A stretch of 64,000 nt of DNA from a bacterium (lineage in GTDB: Bacteria > UBA8248 > JACPRG01 > G963555815). Positions 41,904 through 50,129 of this stretch are shown in pieces (the stretch's first letter is position 1; each line of letters opens with the position of its first letter). A program made the position numbers and the translations under genes. The stretch is from positions 800,001-864,000 of the forward strand of contig CBDHDG010000006.1 of assembly GCA_965261595.1 (NCBI GenBank), given 5' to 3'. The notes beneath the pieces are model-generated. The model did no database searches and was not told the DNA's origin. It saw nothing but the letters and a program-made list of their open reading frames with translations.

Positions 41904-42078
41904 TACCAAAACGCGCCCGCCCGTAATCCAAAGGGACCTGCCTCGAGCAGCTGGCGCGTGGTTCGCGGCGGCTCGTGGGGCAACCCTCAATCCAACGGGC
42001 TTCCGCGCGGCGATCCGGAGCGGGAGCCGTCCGGGCGGCAGGTACGTCGACCTGGGTTTTCGTTGCGCCATGGCTCCT
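41904..42078 (+). repeat. Orphan DGR-type variable-region cassette VR3 (no hairpin)
   Basis: [58 protein letters not shown] (one extra base). Confidence 0.85.
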
Positions 42079-42440
42079 TCACCGGGGCCGAAACCCTGAC
42101 CTTAAATAACCCTTTGCCAATCCCGATAACCAACCTTCCCCGTCATTCTCGCAGATCCAAATGGGAGAAAATCAGATGACAATCGAGAATCGAATCGCGG
42201 CGCTGGAGAAAAGGTGCAAAAGGCTGGGCAAGACCCTTGTGGGGGTAGGCACCCTGGCTCTTTTTGCCGTTGTCGCCGGTACGGCCGGGTGGACGGTGGC
42301 GTATACGGGCGCCATCAGCCCATCGAGCATCACGACGAGATTGATTATTCTAGAGGATTCAGCCGGAAAGACGCTCCCCCGCTCTAGGGTTTTGTTGGAC
42401 ACTCGATTGATCCATGATTCATGGAGAAAGGGGTGTCGCG

Positions 42441-42827
42441 ATGAACGAACAAAAGCAAGAGGGGGCTTTGGCGGAGGGCGCCCGTAGGGCGAACGGAGCC
42501 AAGGCCCCAGGGCATCGCAGTGAGCGGGGTCGGTTCTCCTGCCAGCGCAAGCGGGAGGCGGTCCTGCGTCTTTTGCGGGGCGAGAGCCTGGAGACGCTCT
42601 GCCGCGAGTTGGGCACGACAGCGGCTCGGCTTTCCGCCTGGCGCGAGGCGTTCCTTCGCGGGGGCGAGGCGGCGCTCAAAGCCCGCCCGGCGGATGAGCG
42701 GGACGAGGAGAACGCCCGGCTCAAGGCCAAGGTGGGCGAACTCACGATGGAGGGCGAGGTCCTGCGGGAGAAGATCGACCGCCTGGAGGCCGGCCGCCCT
42801 TTAGCCGGCAGGAGGTGGAGGCGATGA
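42441..42827 (+). CDS. IS3-family transposase OrfA
   Basis: Same protein as copy 1 OrfA. Confidence 0.88.
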   Translation: MNEQKQEGALAEGARRANGAKAPGHRSERGRFSCQRKREAVLRLLRGESLETLCRELGTTAARLSAWREAFLRGGEAALKARPADERDEENARLKAKVGELTMEGEVLREKIDRLEAGRPLAGRRWRR

Positions 42828-43732
42828 GTCAGGCCCGCTTCACCTCCACGGGCAGAGCCTACGGCCTGAAGCGGGTGTGCGCCCTTTGGGGCTTGGCGCG
42901 CTCCACGGTCTACGCGCAACGGCGGCGAGAGGCGGTCCCCGTTCATGAACGCCCCACGCCCAATAAGCGCGGCCCTGTGGGCCCGTGCACCGATGCGGAA
43001 CTCCTCGGCCACATCCGGCAGGTCCTGGAGGACTCTCCCTTCCATGGCGAGGGCTACCGCAAGGTGTGGGCGAGGCTGCGCTTCGCGGGCATCCGCACCA
43101 GCAAGGAGCGGGTGCGTCGCCTGATGCGGGAGGCGGGGCTTCAGGCCCCCCACCGGGTGGGCAAACCCCGAGGTCCCAAGGCCCACAACGGGACCATCCG
43201 CACCGAGCGGCCCGACCGAATGTGGGGCACGCACATGACGACGACGGTGACCACCGAGGAGGGGATGGCCTCGGTGTTCGTGGCGGTGGATCACTGCTCG
43301 GTGGACTGCGTGGGGATCCATGCGGCCAAGAGCGGCAACCGCTTCGAGGCCCTGGAGCCGATCCGGCAGGGGGTCGCCGAGCGCTTCGCCGGCTTGGAGG
43401 CGGACGTCGCCGAGGGGCTTAAAGTTCGTCACGACCACGGCCCCGCCTATCTGTCCGATGACTTTCAGCGGGAGATCGCCTACCTGGGCATGACCAGTTC
43501 GCCCAGCTTCGTGCGGGCGCCCGAGGGAAATGGCTACTGTGAGTGGTTCATCCGCATCTTGAAGGAGAATCTCCTGTGGGTGCGCTCTTTCGCCACCGTA
43601 GAGGAACTGCGGTGGGCGCTGCTTGAGTTCAAGAACCTGTACAACCATCATTGGATTCTCGAGGGCTACGGCTACCGAACGCCGGCCCAGGCAAGGCAGG
43701 AAAAACTCGCTCAAGTTGCGGAGGCCGCATGA
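42824..43732 (+). CDS. IS3-family transposase OrfB (WGTHMT variant)
   Basis: Near-identical to the other copies. Confidence 0.9.
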   Translation: MSQARFTSTGRAYGLKRVCALWGLARSTVYAQRRREAVPVHERPTPNKRGPVGPCTDAELLGHIRQVLEDSPFHGEGYRKVWARLRFAGIRTSKERVRRLMREAGLQAPHRVGKPRGPKAHNGTIRTERPDRMWGTHMTTTVTTEEGMASVFVAVDHCSVDCVGIHAAKSGNRFEALEPIRQGVAERFAGLEADVAEGLKVRHDHGPAYLSDDFQREIAYLGMTSSPSFVRAPEGNGYCEWFIRILKENLLWVRSFATVEELRWALLEFKNLYNHHWILEGYGYRTPAQARQEKLAQVAEAA

Positions 43733-43971
43733 GGTCGAATACCCTCACCCGAGTGTCCAATAACCCAGGGGCGGTCCAACGCGGCTTAGGCTCCGTGGGT
43801 CAGATGGCACTGTCAGAGCATGTGATTCAGCTGGAAAGACGCGGCTTCAGCTCCATGGGCATGGTAGTATCAGAGCATACGACTCAGCCGGGAAGTGGCG
43901 GGTTAAGCTCTATGGGGAAACCGGAAAGATCTCTTTCAAAACTCTAAACGCCAGAGGAACGGTTTCTCATC

Positions 43972-44115
43972 CCTAATTGTTAGGAGACCACTTCCATGCC
44001 AGCCGGGCAGGAAGGATCCCGCTCGGCGGTTCATGCATGGGTGTAGCTGTAGGGGGAAGGTTGCCCTTTTGTCCCTGCGTTCATCGGCTCGCAATCCATG
44101 TGTATCTGGCTCGCG
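43972..44115 (+). repeat. Shared module R4
   Basis: CCTAATTGTTAGGAGACCACTTCCAT...GGATCCCGCTCGGCGGTTCATGCATGGG...TGTAGGGGGAAG aligns with R1. Confidence 0.85.
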
Positions 44116-44471
44116 CCATCAGCAGGACAACCTTCGTGAGTTCCATTTCCCCCAAAATCGAGGGTGCGGGTTGCATGGAAGATGCCCCCCCTACGTTTGC
44201 CCATTCGATTTCCCCGAATGCCCTGATGGTGGCCAATAATAATGTCAGGATTATCATCATTGGGTATCAGATAATAGGTAAGGAGTGGAGGAAACGGGGC
44301 CGAAACCCCCGAAAATGAGTGAATTGGGGCCTGGGATGGCCTTTTGGGCTGATTCTCGAGCGAGTGTGAGGGCCTAAAAACCTCTCCTGGCCCCCCTCTA
44401 GAAACCTCCATTTTCGTCTGTCATTACTGGCTATATCTTTGATTCTAATACGCGTGCGCGTGCGGGGGTAG

Positions 44472-44819
44472 TCAGGCGGGGGCAGTCCAGGCAAGTCTCC
44501 CGGTTTCGAATTCCTCCCTGAGCCGATTCATGGCATGGGTGAGTATCCCCAATTCTGAAAATCCCGTCTCCCTGGCTTCCGCCCGGAGCCATTCCCCATC
44601 TTCTCCCGGAATTTCTATCCTCCCCTCCCGGCCGTTCTCTTGTCTCGGGGCCTCGGGGGTGTCTGCACCGTTTCCCTCCTGGGCGCGGGCCATCTCCAGG
44701 GCATGGCAAACCGTCTCGGAGAGAGACCGCTTGCCTTGGGTGCCCGGCCCCTGCATCCAGTCCTTGAGTTCCTGGGGGATTCGGACGGTAATGGTTGCGT
44801 CTTTGACTACATATTCCAC
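44472..44819 (-). CDS. Putative ribbon-helix-helix DNA-binding protein (two RHH-like segments)
   Basis: ATITVRIPQELKDWM...RSLSETVCHALE and RIEIPGEDGEWLRAEARETGFS. Confidence 0.55.
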   Translation of the reverse strand: MEYVVKDATITVRIPQELKDWMQGPGTQGKRSLSETVCHALEMARAQEGNGADTPEAPRQENGREGRIEIPGEDGEWLRAEARETGFSELGILTHAMNRLREEFETGRLAWTAPA

Positions 44820-45074
44820 GTTGTCTTACCTTTCCCGCGGAGCGGGGTTCACAAGAGACTCAATGTAGGACATGGGACATGGAGCTGACAACGGGTGGGG
44901 CCAGTCAGTGTCCATCCGACACCCCCAATCCAACGGTGTGAAAAACGGTGTGAATCGGAACCCCAACGCCTGCATATCACTTCACATGGTTGCATGCGGT
45001 TGCTGGTTTGTAAACGCCTCACAAATCCTGTAACATCAAGGATATCCGCTGGATTCGTAAACATGGCCTTGCTC

Positions 45075-45171
45075 GGAAGCGCATAGGGTCCCGGTGGCCC
45101 TCCTGGACTTCAAATCCAGTGTTCCGGCTTAACCCCCGGTAGGTGGGTTCGACTCCCACGCGCTTCCGCCA
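45075..45171 (+). tRNA. selC: tRNA-Sec (TCA)
   Basis: 8-bp acceptor stem GGAAGCGC/GCGCTTCC, 6-bp D-stem, CTGGA-CTTCAAA-TCCAG anticodon arm, long variable arm, GGTTCGACTCC, GCCA end. Confidence 0.95.
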
Positions 45172-45691
45172 TTTTCACTTTTCCGACGGGCCGTCCAAAT
45201 CGACTTCGGCGCGTGACGCGCGCGGCGAAAATCGCCCCGCTTCCGATGGCCCGCCCTCCGTCCGACTTCCAAACAAACTTGAGAAAAGACCCCACGAACG
45301 CCCGGAGCGCACAAGGGGCCGACAACGCGGAACCGGCGCGCCGCCACGCCTGAAATCTCCAGTCCCATTTCGGCCTTCCTTTCTGATCCAAGGGAGTGGC
45401 GCCCCGGAGGGAGCGGCTGCCCGGAGGGAGGAGGGGGTGGACGAATCCGGATGAGGTTCATGCTGAATCAGGCTTTGCCGACTCGCAAGATGACAAAGGA
45501 TGACTTGTCACTGTGTTAGAATTCAACGGTTCGCCTACATGCGTCAGGAATTCATGCGCCTCCGCGCTTCACCGCCATCGCCGATGGGCCGATCCGCGAT
45601 AGGACATCAGCCCCCTCCCTCCCCCCCCCCCGCCGGTCCTCGCGTCTCCGGGTTGGCGGGAAAACCGGGGCGGCGCCATCAGGAGAAATCA

Positions 45692-46477
45692 ATGAGCGTG
45701 CTCGCCGAGAAGAAGGACCGCATCCTCACATTGACCATCGACCGCCCGAAAGCGATGAACGCCCTGGATCCGGACACCCGGGGCCGGCTGGCCGATCACT
45801 TCGAGGAATTTCACGACGACGACGACCTGTGGGTCGCGGTGCTCACCGGGGCGGGCGAGAAATCGTTCTGCGCCGGAGCGGACATCAAGAAAACCATCGG
45901 CGCTTCCTTGGATCAGACCGTCTGGGCGAGGCGGAAGCCTTTTCTCAAGGGCCGGGACCTCTACTCCGTCCTGGGAAACCTCACCAAACCGGTCGTCGCC
46001 GCCGTCAACGGTTACGCCCTGGGCGGGGGCCTGGAGTTGGCGCTCTGCTGCGACATCCGCGTCGCCTCGGAGACGGCGACCTTCGGCCTGCCGGAGGTGG
46101 GCCTGGGGATCATCCCGGGCGCGGGCGGGACCCAGCGGCTCACGAGCGTCGTGGGCGTCGCCCACGCGTTGAACCTGATCCTCACGGGAAACCGGATCGA
46201 CGCCGGGGAGGCGCACCGCATCGGCCTCGTCAGCGCCGTTGTTCCTCCCGGCGAGCTCATGAGCGCGGCGCGCGAGACGGCCGAGTCGATCCGCAAGCGC
46301 GGACCCATCGCCGTCCGGTTCGCGAAAGAAGCGGTCCTCCAGGGCGCCGACATGACGATGCGCGAGGGCCTGCTGCTGGAAAACCTCCTGTCGAACCTGA
46401 TTCGCGGGACCCAAGACGCCGCCGAGGCAACCCGGGCCTTTTCCGAGAAACGAGCCCCGAATTTCATCGGGGAATAG
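45692..46477 (+). CDS. Enoyl-CoA hydratase/isomerase
   Basis: IDRPKAMNAL, FCAGADI, AVNGYALGGGLELAL, FGLPEVGLGIIPGAGGTQRL. Confidence 0.93.
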   Translation: MSVLAEKKDRILTLTIDRPKAMNALDPDTRGRLADHFEEFHDDDDLWVAVLTGAGEKSFCAGADIKKTIGASLDQTVWARRKPFLKGRDLYSVLGNLTKPVVAAVNGYALGGGLELALCCDIRVASETATFGLPEVGLGIIPGAGGTQRLTSVVGVAHALNLILTGNRIDAGEAHRIGLVSAVVPPGELMSAARETAESIRKRGPIAVRFAKEAVLQGADMTMREGLLLENLLSNLIRGTQDAAEATRAFSEKRAPNFIGE

Positions 46478-46524
46478 CAAAGAAGACCGAAGCCGATTTC
46501 CCCGCGGACCCGGGATTCCCCTAT

Positions 46525-48221
46525 CCGGGATTTCCCAGATGACCACTCTTAGCCATCCTGCGGTCCTCCTGTGTCATCAAAGTACCCCATTTTACTACAG
46601 ATTCAGGGTCTCTTTGCAGAACCCTCTGCTCAATCGAGGGGCAACGGCCGTCCTAAAGCCGCAATCCCTTGAAAACCCAGCTCTACCGGCACACTCAGGG
46701 GAGTTCGGCACAGACTGATCCCCCGTCTCCACCACGTCACTAAGCTTCCGGGCCATCTGCTCCGTCATCCGGTATCTGGTACGGGAGGCGGTAACCACAA
46801 CCGTCGAATTCGTTCAAGGATTGCCCTGAACAGTTGACGCGGCACGGCCACCTCGGCCATCTGGAAGGTGGTGTGCCGGGCGTGGGTGACCACCTTGGCC
46901 CCAATCTTAATCAGCTTCTCGCGTAACGTCGTCAGCGACCAGTGCTTCACCGCTCTGGGCAACGCCAGCCGCCGCAGGAAGTTTGCCAGGTTGTACGCCA
47001 AGGCAAATAGTTGCAAGCGAACCTGGTTCTCTTCAAAGCCGTGGCAGGACAGGCGCGTCCAGTTCAGGGCGTACTTGCCCTCCTTGATCCACTGCTCCGC
47101 CGTCCCACGCTGGTTGTAGAACCTCACGACGTTCTCTTCCCGCCAGTGCAGGTTGGTCACGATGAAGCTGACTCTTGGAAACAACTCGCCCTGGTGCCAC
47201 TCGACCGCCACCACCACCCGGCGAGGCTTCTCCCAACTAGCCGCCTGATAGGGGAGACGCTGTGGTAGAAGATAATGGGCCTTTTGGGCGGTCGGCCAAC
47301 CGGCCGGGTCAGAAGGTATTCGATGTCCCTGTACAAGATGGCGTTGGCCGGAAGCCGAATCGCATAGGAGTAGCCCTCCGCCTCAAGGTATCGGTACACC
47401 TCCGGCTTGGCAAATGCCGCGTCGCCTCGAAAAAACCGACAGACCTTCGCATCCCGGTAGCGAGCTACCACCGGCTCCAATACAGACCACCAGTCATCAG
47501 CGCTGTGGACCTTGCCGTTGCGCAACAGCGCCCGCTCCAGATCGCCAAACTGGTTGAAGCAAAACAGTGGGTGATAGCAGGTGCAGCCGAAGTGGCCGTT
47601 GTAGGAAGAGCCTTCCTGCTCACCGTGGGTCGGGCTGACCGAACTGTCCATGTCCAGGATCAGCTTGCGAATCGGCTTGCGTTTGCGGACACGATCCACC
47701 AACACACCGGGCAGACCGCTCAGCGCCTTGAGGGGTTAAGGGGCCGGGTGAGGGTCTGCGTCTCGAATCGGCTCATCTGGCTGGTGGAGGCAGCGGTGTG
47801 ATACTTCGCTCGCCCCCCAACCACCTGACGCATGGCGGGATCGACACAGAGCCGCTCGGCATCATTGGTGTCTTTATATCCTGCCAGGCGGCTGTAGACC
47901 GACTGGCGCACCAAAGCGGTGAGGCTGTGCCGGGTGTTCCCGCCCGTCCGTGAATCGGACAGAAACCCCTCGGCCGCCTTCGTCAGCCCCAACACCTCAT
48001 CCAGTTCACGATAGGCAAGCAAACCGGCGTCACTCGTAACCTTTGCTCCGTGAAACTCCAGCCTGAGCCGACCGTCGAATTGGAGCCTCAACGGCCTCTT
48101 TTTCGCTTCACCCATTGGGTCCCCTCGCAAGATGATGGCAGGGAGAGGCCAACACCTTGATTTTACACGAGAAAACGGCCTTCGGGGCGTTAAAAATTAT
48201 CATCCATATGGGAAATGCGGG
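46525..48221 (-). mobile_element. Second IS1380-family insertion sequence
   Basis: TIRs CCGGGATTTCCCAGATG / CCCGCATTTCCCATATG (rc); 5-bp TSD CCTAT. Confidence 0.88.
46765..48115 (-). pseudogene. IS1380-family transposase, two frameshifts (near 47730 and 47255)
   Basis: [48 protein letters not shown]. Confidence 0.9.
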
Positions 48222-48549
48222 CCTATACTTTCCCGGTTGGCGGGAAACGGAAGTGGGGATAATGAATCTGCCGGATTTCTCACAAAGATTTCGATGAGGA
48301 CGCACCACCAACGAACAACTCACGCGCGGCGCAACTCCGGGGCCGGTACAGAGCCCGGCCCTTACATGATAAACACTAACAATAACGCACCTGTAAGGGC
48401 GGGGATCTGTACCCGCCCCAACAAACTCTCCGGAAGACACAATGTCTGGGCCAAGTCGAGAGCCTCTTATCGGGGAAGCGGTTGATCCACTCTAAGTTTC
48501 CCCGAGAATAGGCAGCCTGACCTTCCCAATTGTGAAATAGAGGACGGGG

Positions 48550-49707
48550 ATGAAACGAAAAGACGTTGCGATTGCCGCTTACTACGAAACCGCCTTTTCA
48601 AAAAAGCCGGAAAGAGACGTGTACGACTACGCCGCGGAGGCCGCGACGGGCGGGCTCAAAAAGGCCGGGCTGAGCAAACAGGACGTCGACGGCCTGCTGG
48701 TGACCACGGCCCTTTCCGGCGCCTCGGAGCCGATGTGGTCCGGGCGGATCAACGAGGCCCTGGGTCTTGAGACCCGTTGGCTCCAGACGATGGACACCGG
48801 CGGGACCGCGCCCATCGCCGGCATCTCGCGCGCGGCGTCCGCAATCCGGGACGGCAGCGTCGACGTCGTGCTCCTGGTGGCCGCCGATGCGCCCATCACG
48901 GCTTCCAACGAAAATTACATGGGGTACCGGACGAACTTCGAGTTCCCCTTCGGGCCGATGGGACCTCCGGGGCTCTTCGGATTCCTGCAGAAACGGTACG
49001 AACACCAATACGGCATCACCATCGAGCAACTGGCCAAGGTGGCCGTCACGCAGCGGCGGCACGCGCAACTCAATCCGAACGCCCTGCTTCAGGGCGAGAT
49101 GACGGTTGAGACCTACCGGGACTCCAGGGTGATCTTCGACCCCATCCGCCTGCTGGACTGCGTGATGCGGTGCAACGGCGGGGACGCCCTGGTGATCACC
49201 TCGGCCGAACGGGCCCGGGAGCTGACGCCGAAGCCCGTTTACGTGGCCGGCGTGGGAGAGGTCCACAATTACCGGGCGTCGGAGCTCCTCGCAGACGTGA
49301 CGGACGTGGGGATGGGCAAGGCCGGCCGCCGGGCCCTGGAGGAAGCGGAGCTTTCCATCTCCGACATACAGACGTTCCAGCCATACGACGATTTCGTGAT
49401 TGCGGTCATCCTTCAGCTCGAGAGCCTGGGGTTTTGCGGGGTCGGCGAGGGCGGGCGGTTCGTCGAGTGGACGGACCTTTCCTTTCAGGGAGACCTTCCG
49501 CTCAATACGGGCGGCGGCCAGCTTTCAACCGGGCAGAACGGCTTGGCCGGCGGCGCGGTGAACGTGATTGAGGCGGTCCGGCAACCTCAGCGGGAGGGCG
49601 GGGCGCGTCAGGTCGAAAAATGCGACAACGCCCTGGTGACCGGAATCGGCACCGTGAACTATCTCCGCAACTGGCATTCCAGCGCCGTGATGGTCTTGGA
49701 GGTGTAA
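48550..49707 (+). CDS. Thiolase-family (SCP2/lipid-transfer-like) protein
   Basis: RRHAQLNPNA, DPIRLLDC, YDDF, PLNTGGGQLS; paired with a DUF35 gene. Confidence 0.88.
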   Translation: MKRKDVAIAAYYETAFSKKPERDVYDYAAEAATGGLKKAGLSKQDVDGLLVTTALSGASEPMWSGRINEALGLETRWLQTMDTGGTAPIAGISRAASAIRDGSVDVVLLVAADAPITASNENYMGYRTNFEFPFGPMGPPGLFGFLQKRYEHQYGITIEQLAKVAVTQRRHAQLNPNALLQGEMTVETYRDSRVIFDPIRLLDCVMRCNGGDALVITSAERARELTPKPVYVAGVGEVHNYRASELLADVTDVGMGKAGRRALEEAELSISDIQTFQPYDDFVIAVILQLESLGFCGVGEGGRFVEWTDLSFQGDLPLNTGGGQLSTGQNGLAGGAVNVIEAVRQPQREGGARQVEKCDNALVTGIGTVNYLRNWHSSAVMVLEV

Positions 49708-49710
49708 GCC

Positions 49711-50124
49711 ATGAATCAGAAAACGCCGCCGCCCAAACCCCTGCCGGTCTTCGACAAGCTGACCACCCCGTTCTGGGAGGCCGCGAACCGGGATGAGCTC
49801 CTTCTCCAGCGCTGCGGGGATTGCGGAACGTTCACCTTTTACCCGCGCTACGTGTGCAATCAGTGCATGTCGAGCGCGCTCGAATGGACCCGCGCGAGTG
49901 GCCGGGGGACGATCTACTCGTTCACCGTGACGCGCGTGGCCCCCCCGCCGTTCCGGCCGGACGCCCCCTACGCCCTGGTGTCCGTGGAGCTCGAGGAAGG
50001 GGTCCGCATCCTCGCGGGGGTCGAGGACATCGAGCCGGAGGATTTGGAGATCGGCCAGGAAGTGGTCGTGTCCTTCCGGGAAGCGGCCGAGGGGATCAAG
50101 CTTCCCTGTTTCCGCCCGGCTTGA
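49711..50124 (+). CDS. Zn-ribbon/OB-fold (DUF35) protein
   Basis: PFWEAA...QRCGDC...PRYVCNQC, GRGTIYSFT, VELEEG. Confidence 0.9.
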   Translation: MNQKTPPPKPLPVFDKLTTPFWEAANRDELLLQRCGDCGTFTFYPRYVCNQCMSSALEWTRASGRGTIYSFTVTRVAPPPFRPDAPYALVSVELEEGVRILAGVEDIEPEDLEIGQEVVVSFREAAEGIKLPCFRPA

Positions 50125-50129
50125 CCGGG

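Larger units (their letters stand above)
42375..43778 (+). mobile_element. IS3-family insertion sequence, copy 5
   Basis: TSD ACGC; orfA 42441-42827, orfB 42824-43732 (WGTHMT). Confidence 0.93.
42176..43976 (+). pseudogene. Small membrane-anchored repeat protein interrupted by IS3 copy 5
   Basis: Removing the IS and one ACGC restores MTIENRIAALE...TM...DSAGKTRLRLRGSDGTVRACDSAGKTRLQLHGHGSIRAYDSAGKWRVKLYG...HP*. Confidence 0.75.

Noticed and set aside
41904..42078. VR3 as the DGR template repeat
   Set aside because: It lacks the hairpin as a TR would, but the variable codons are mostly GGC/AGC/GTC rather than AAC and no RT gene follows.
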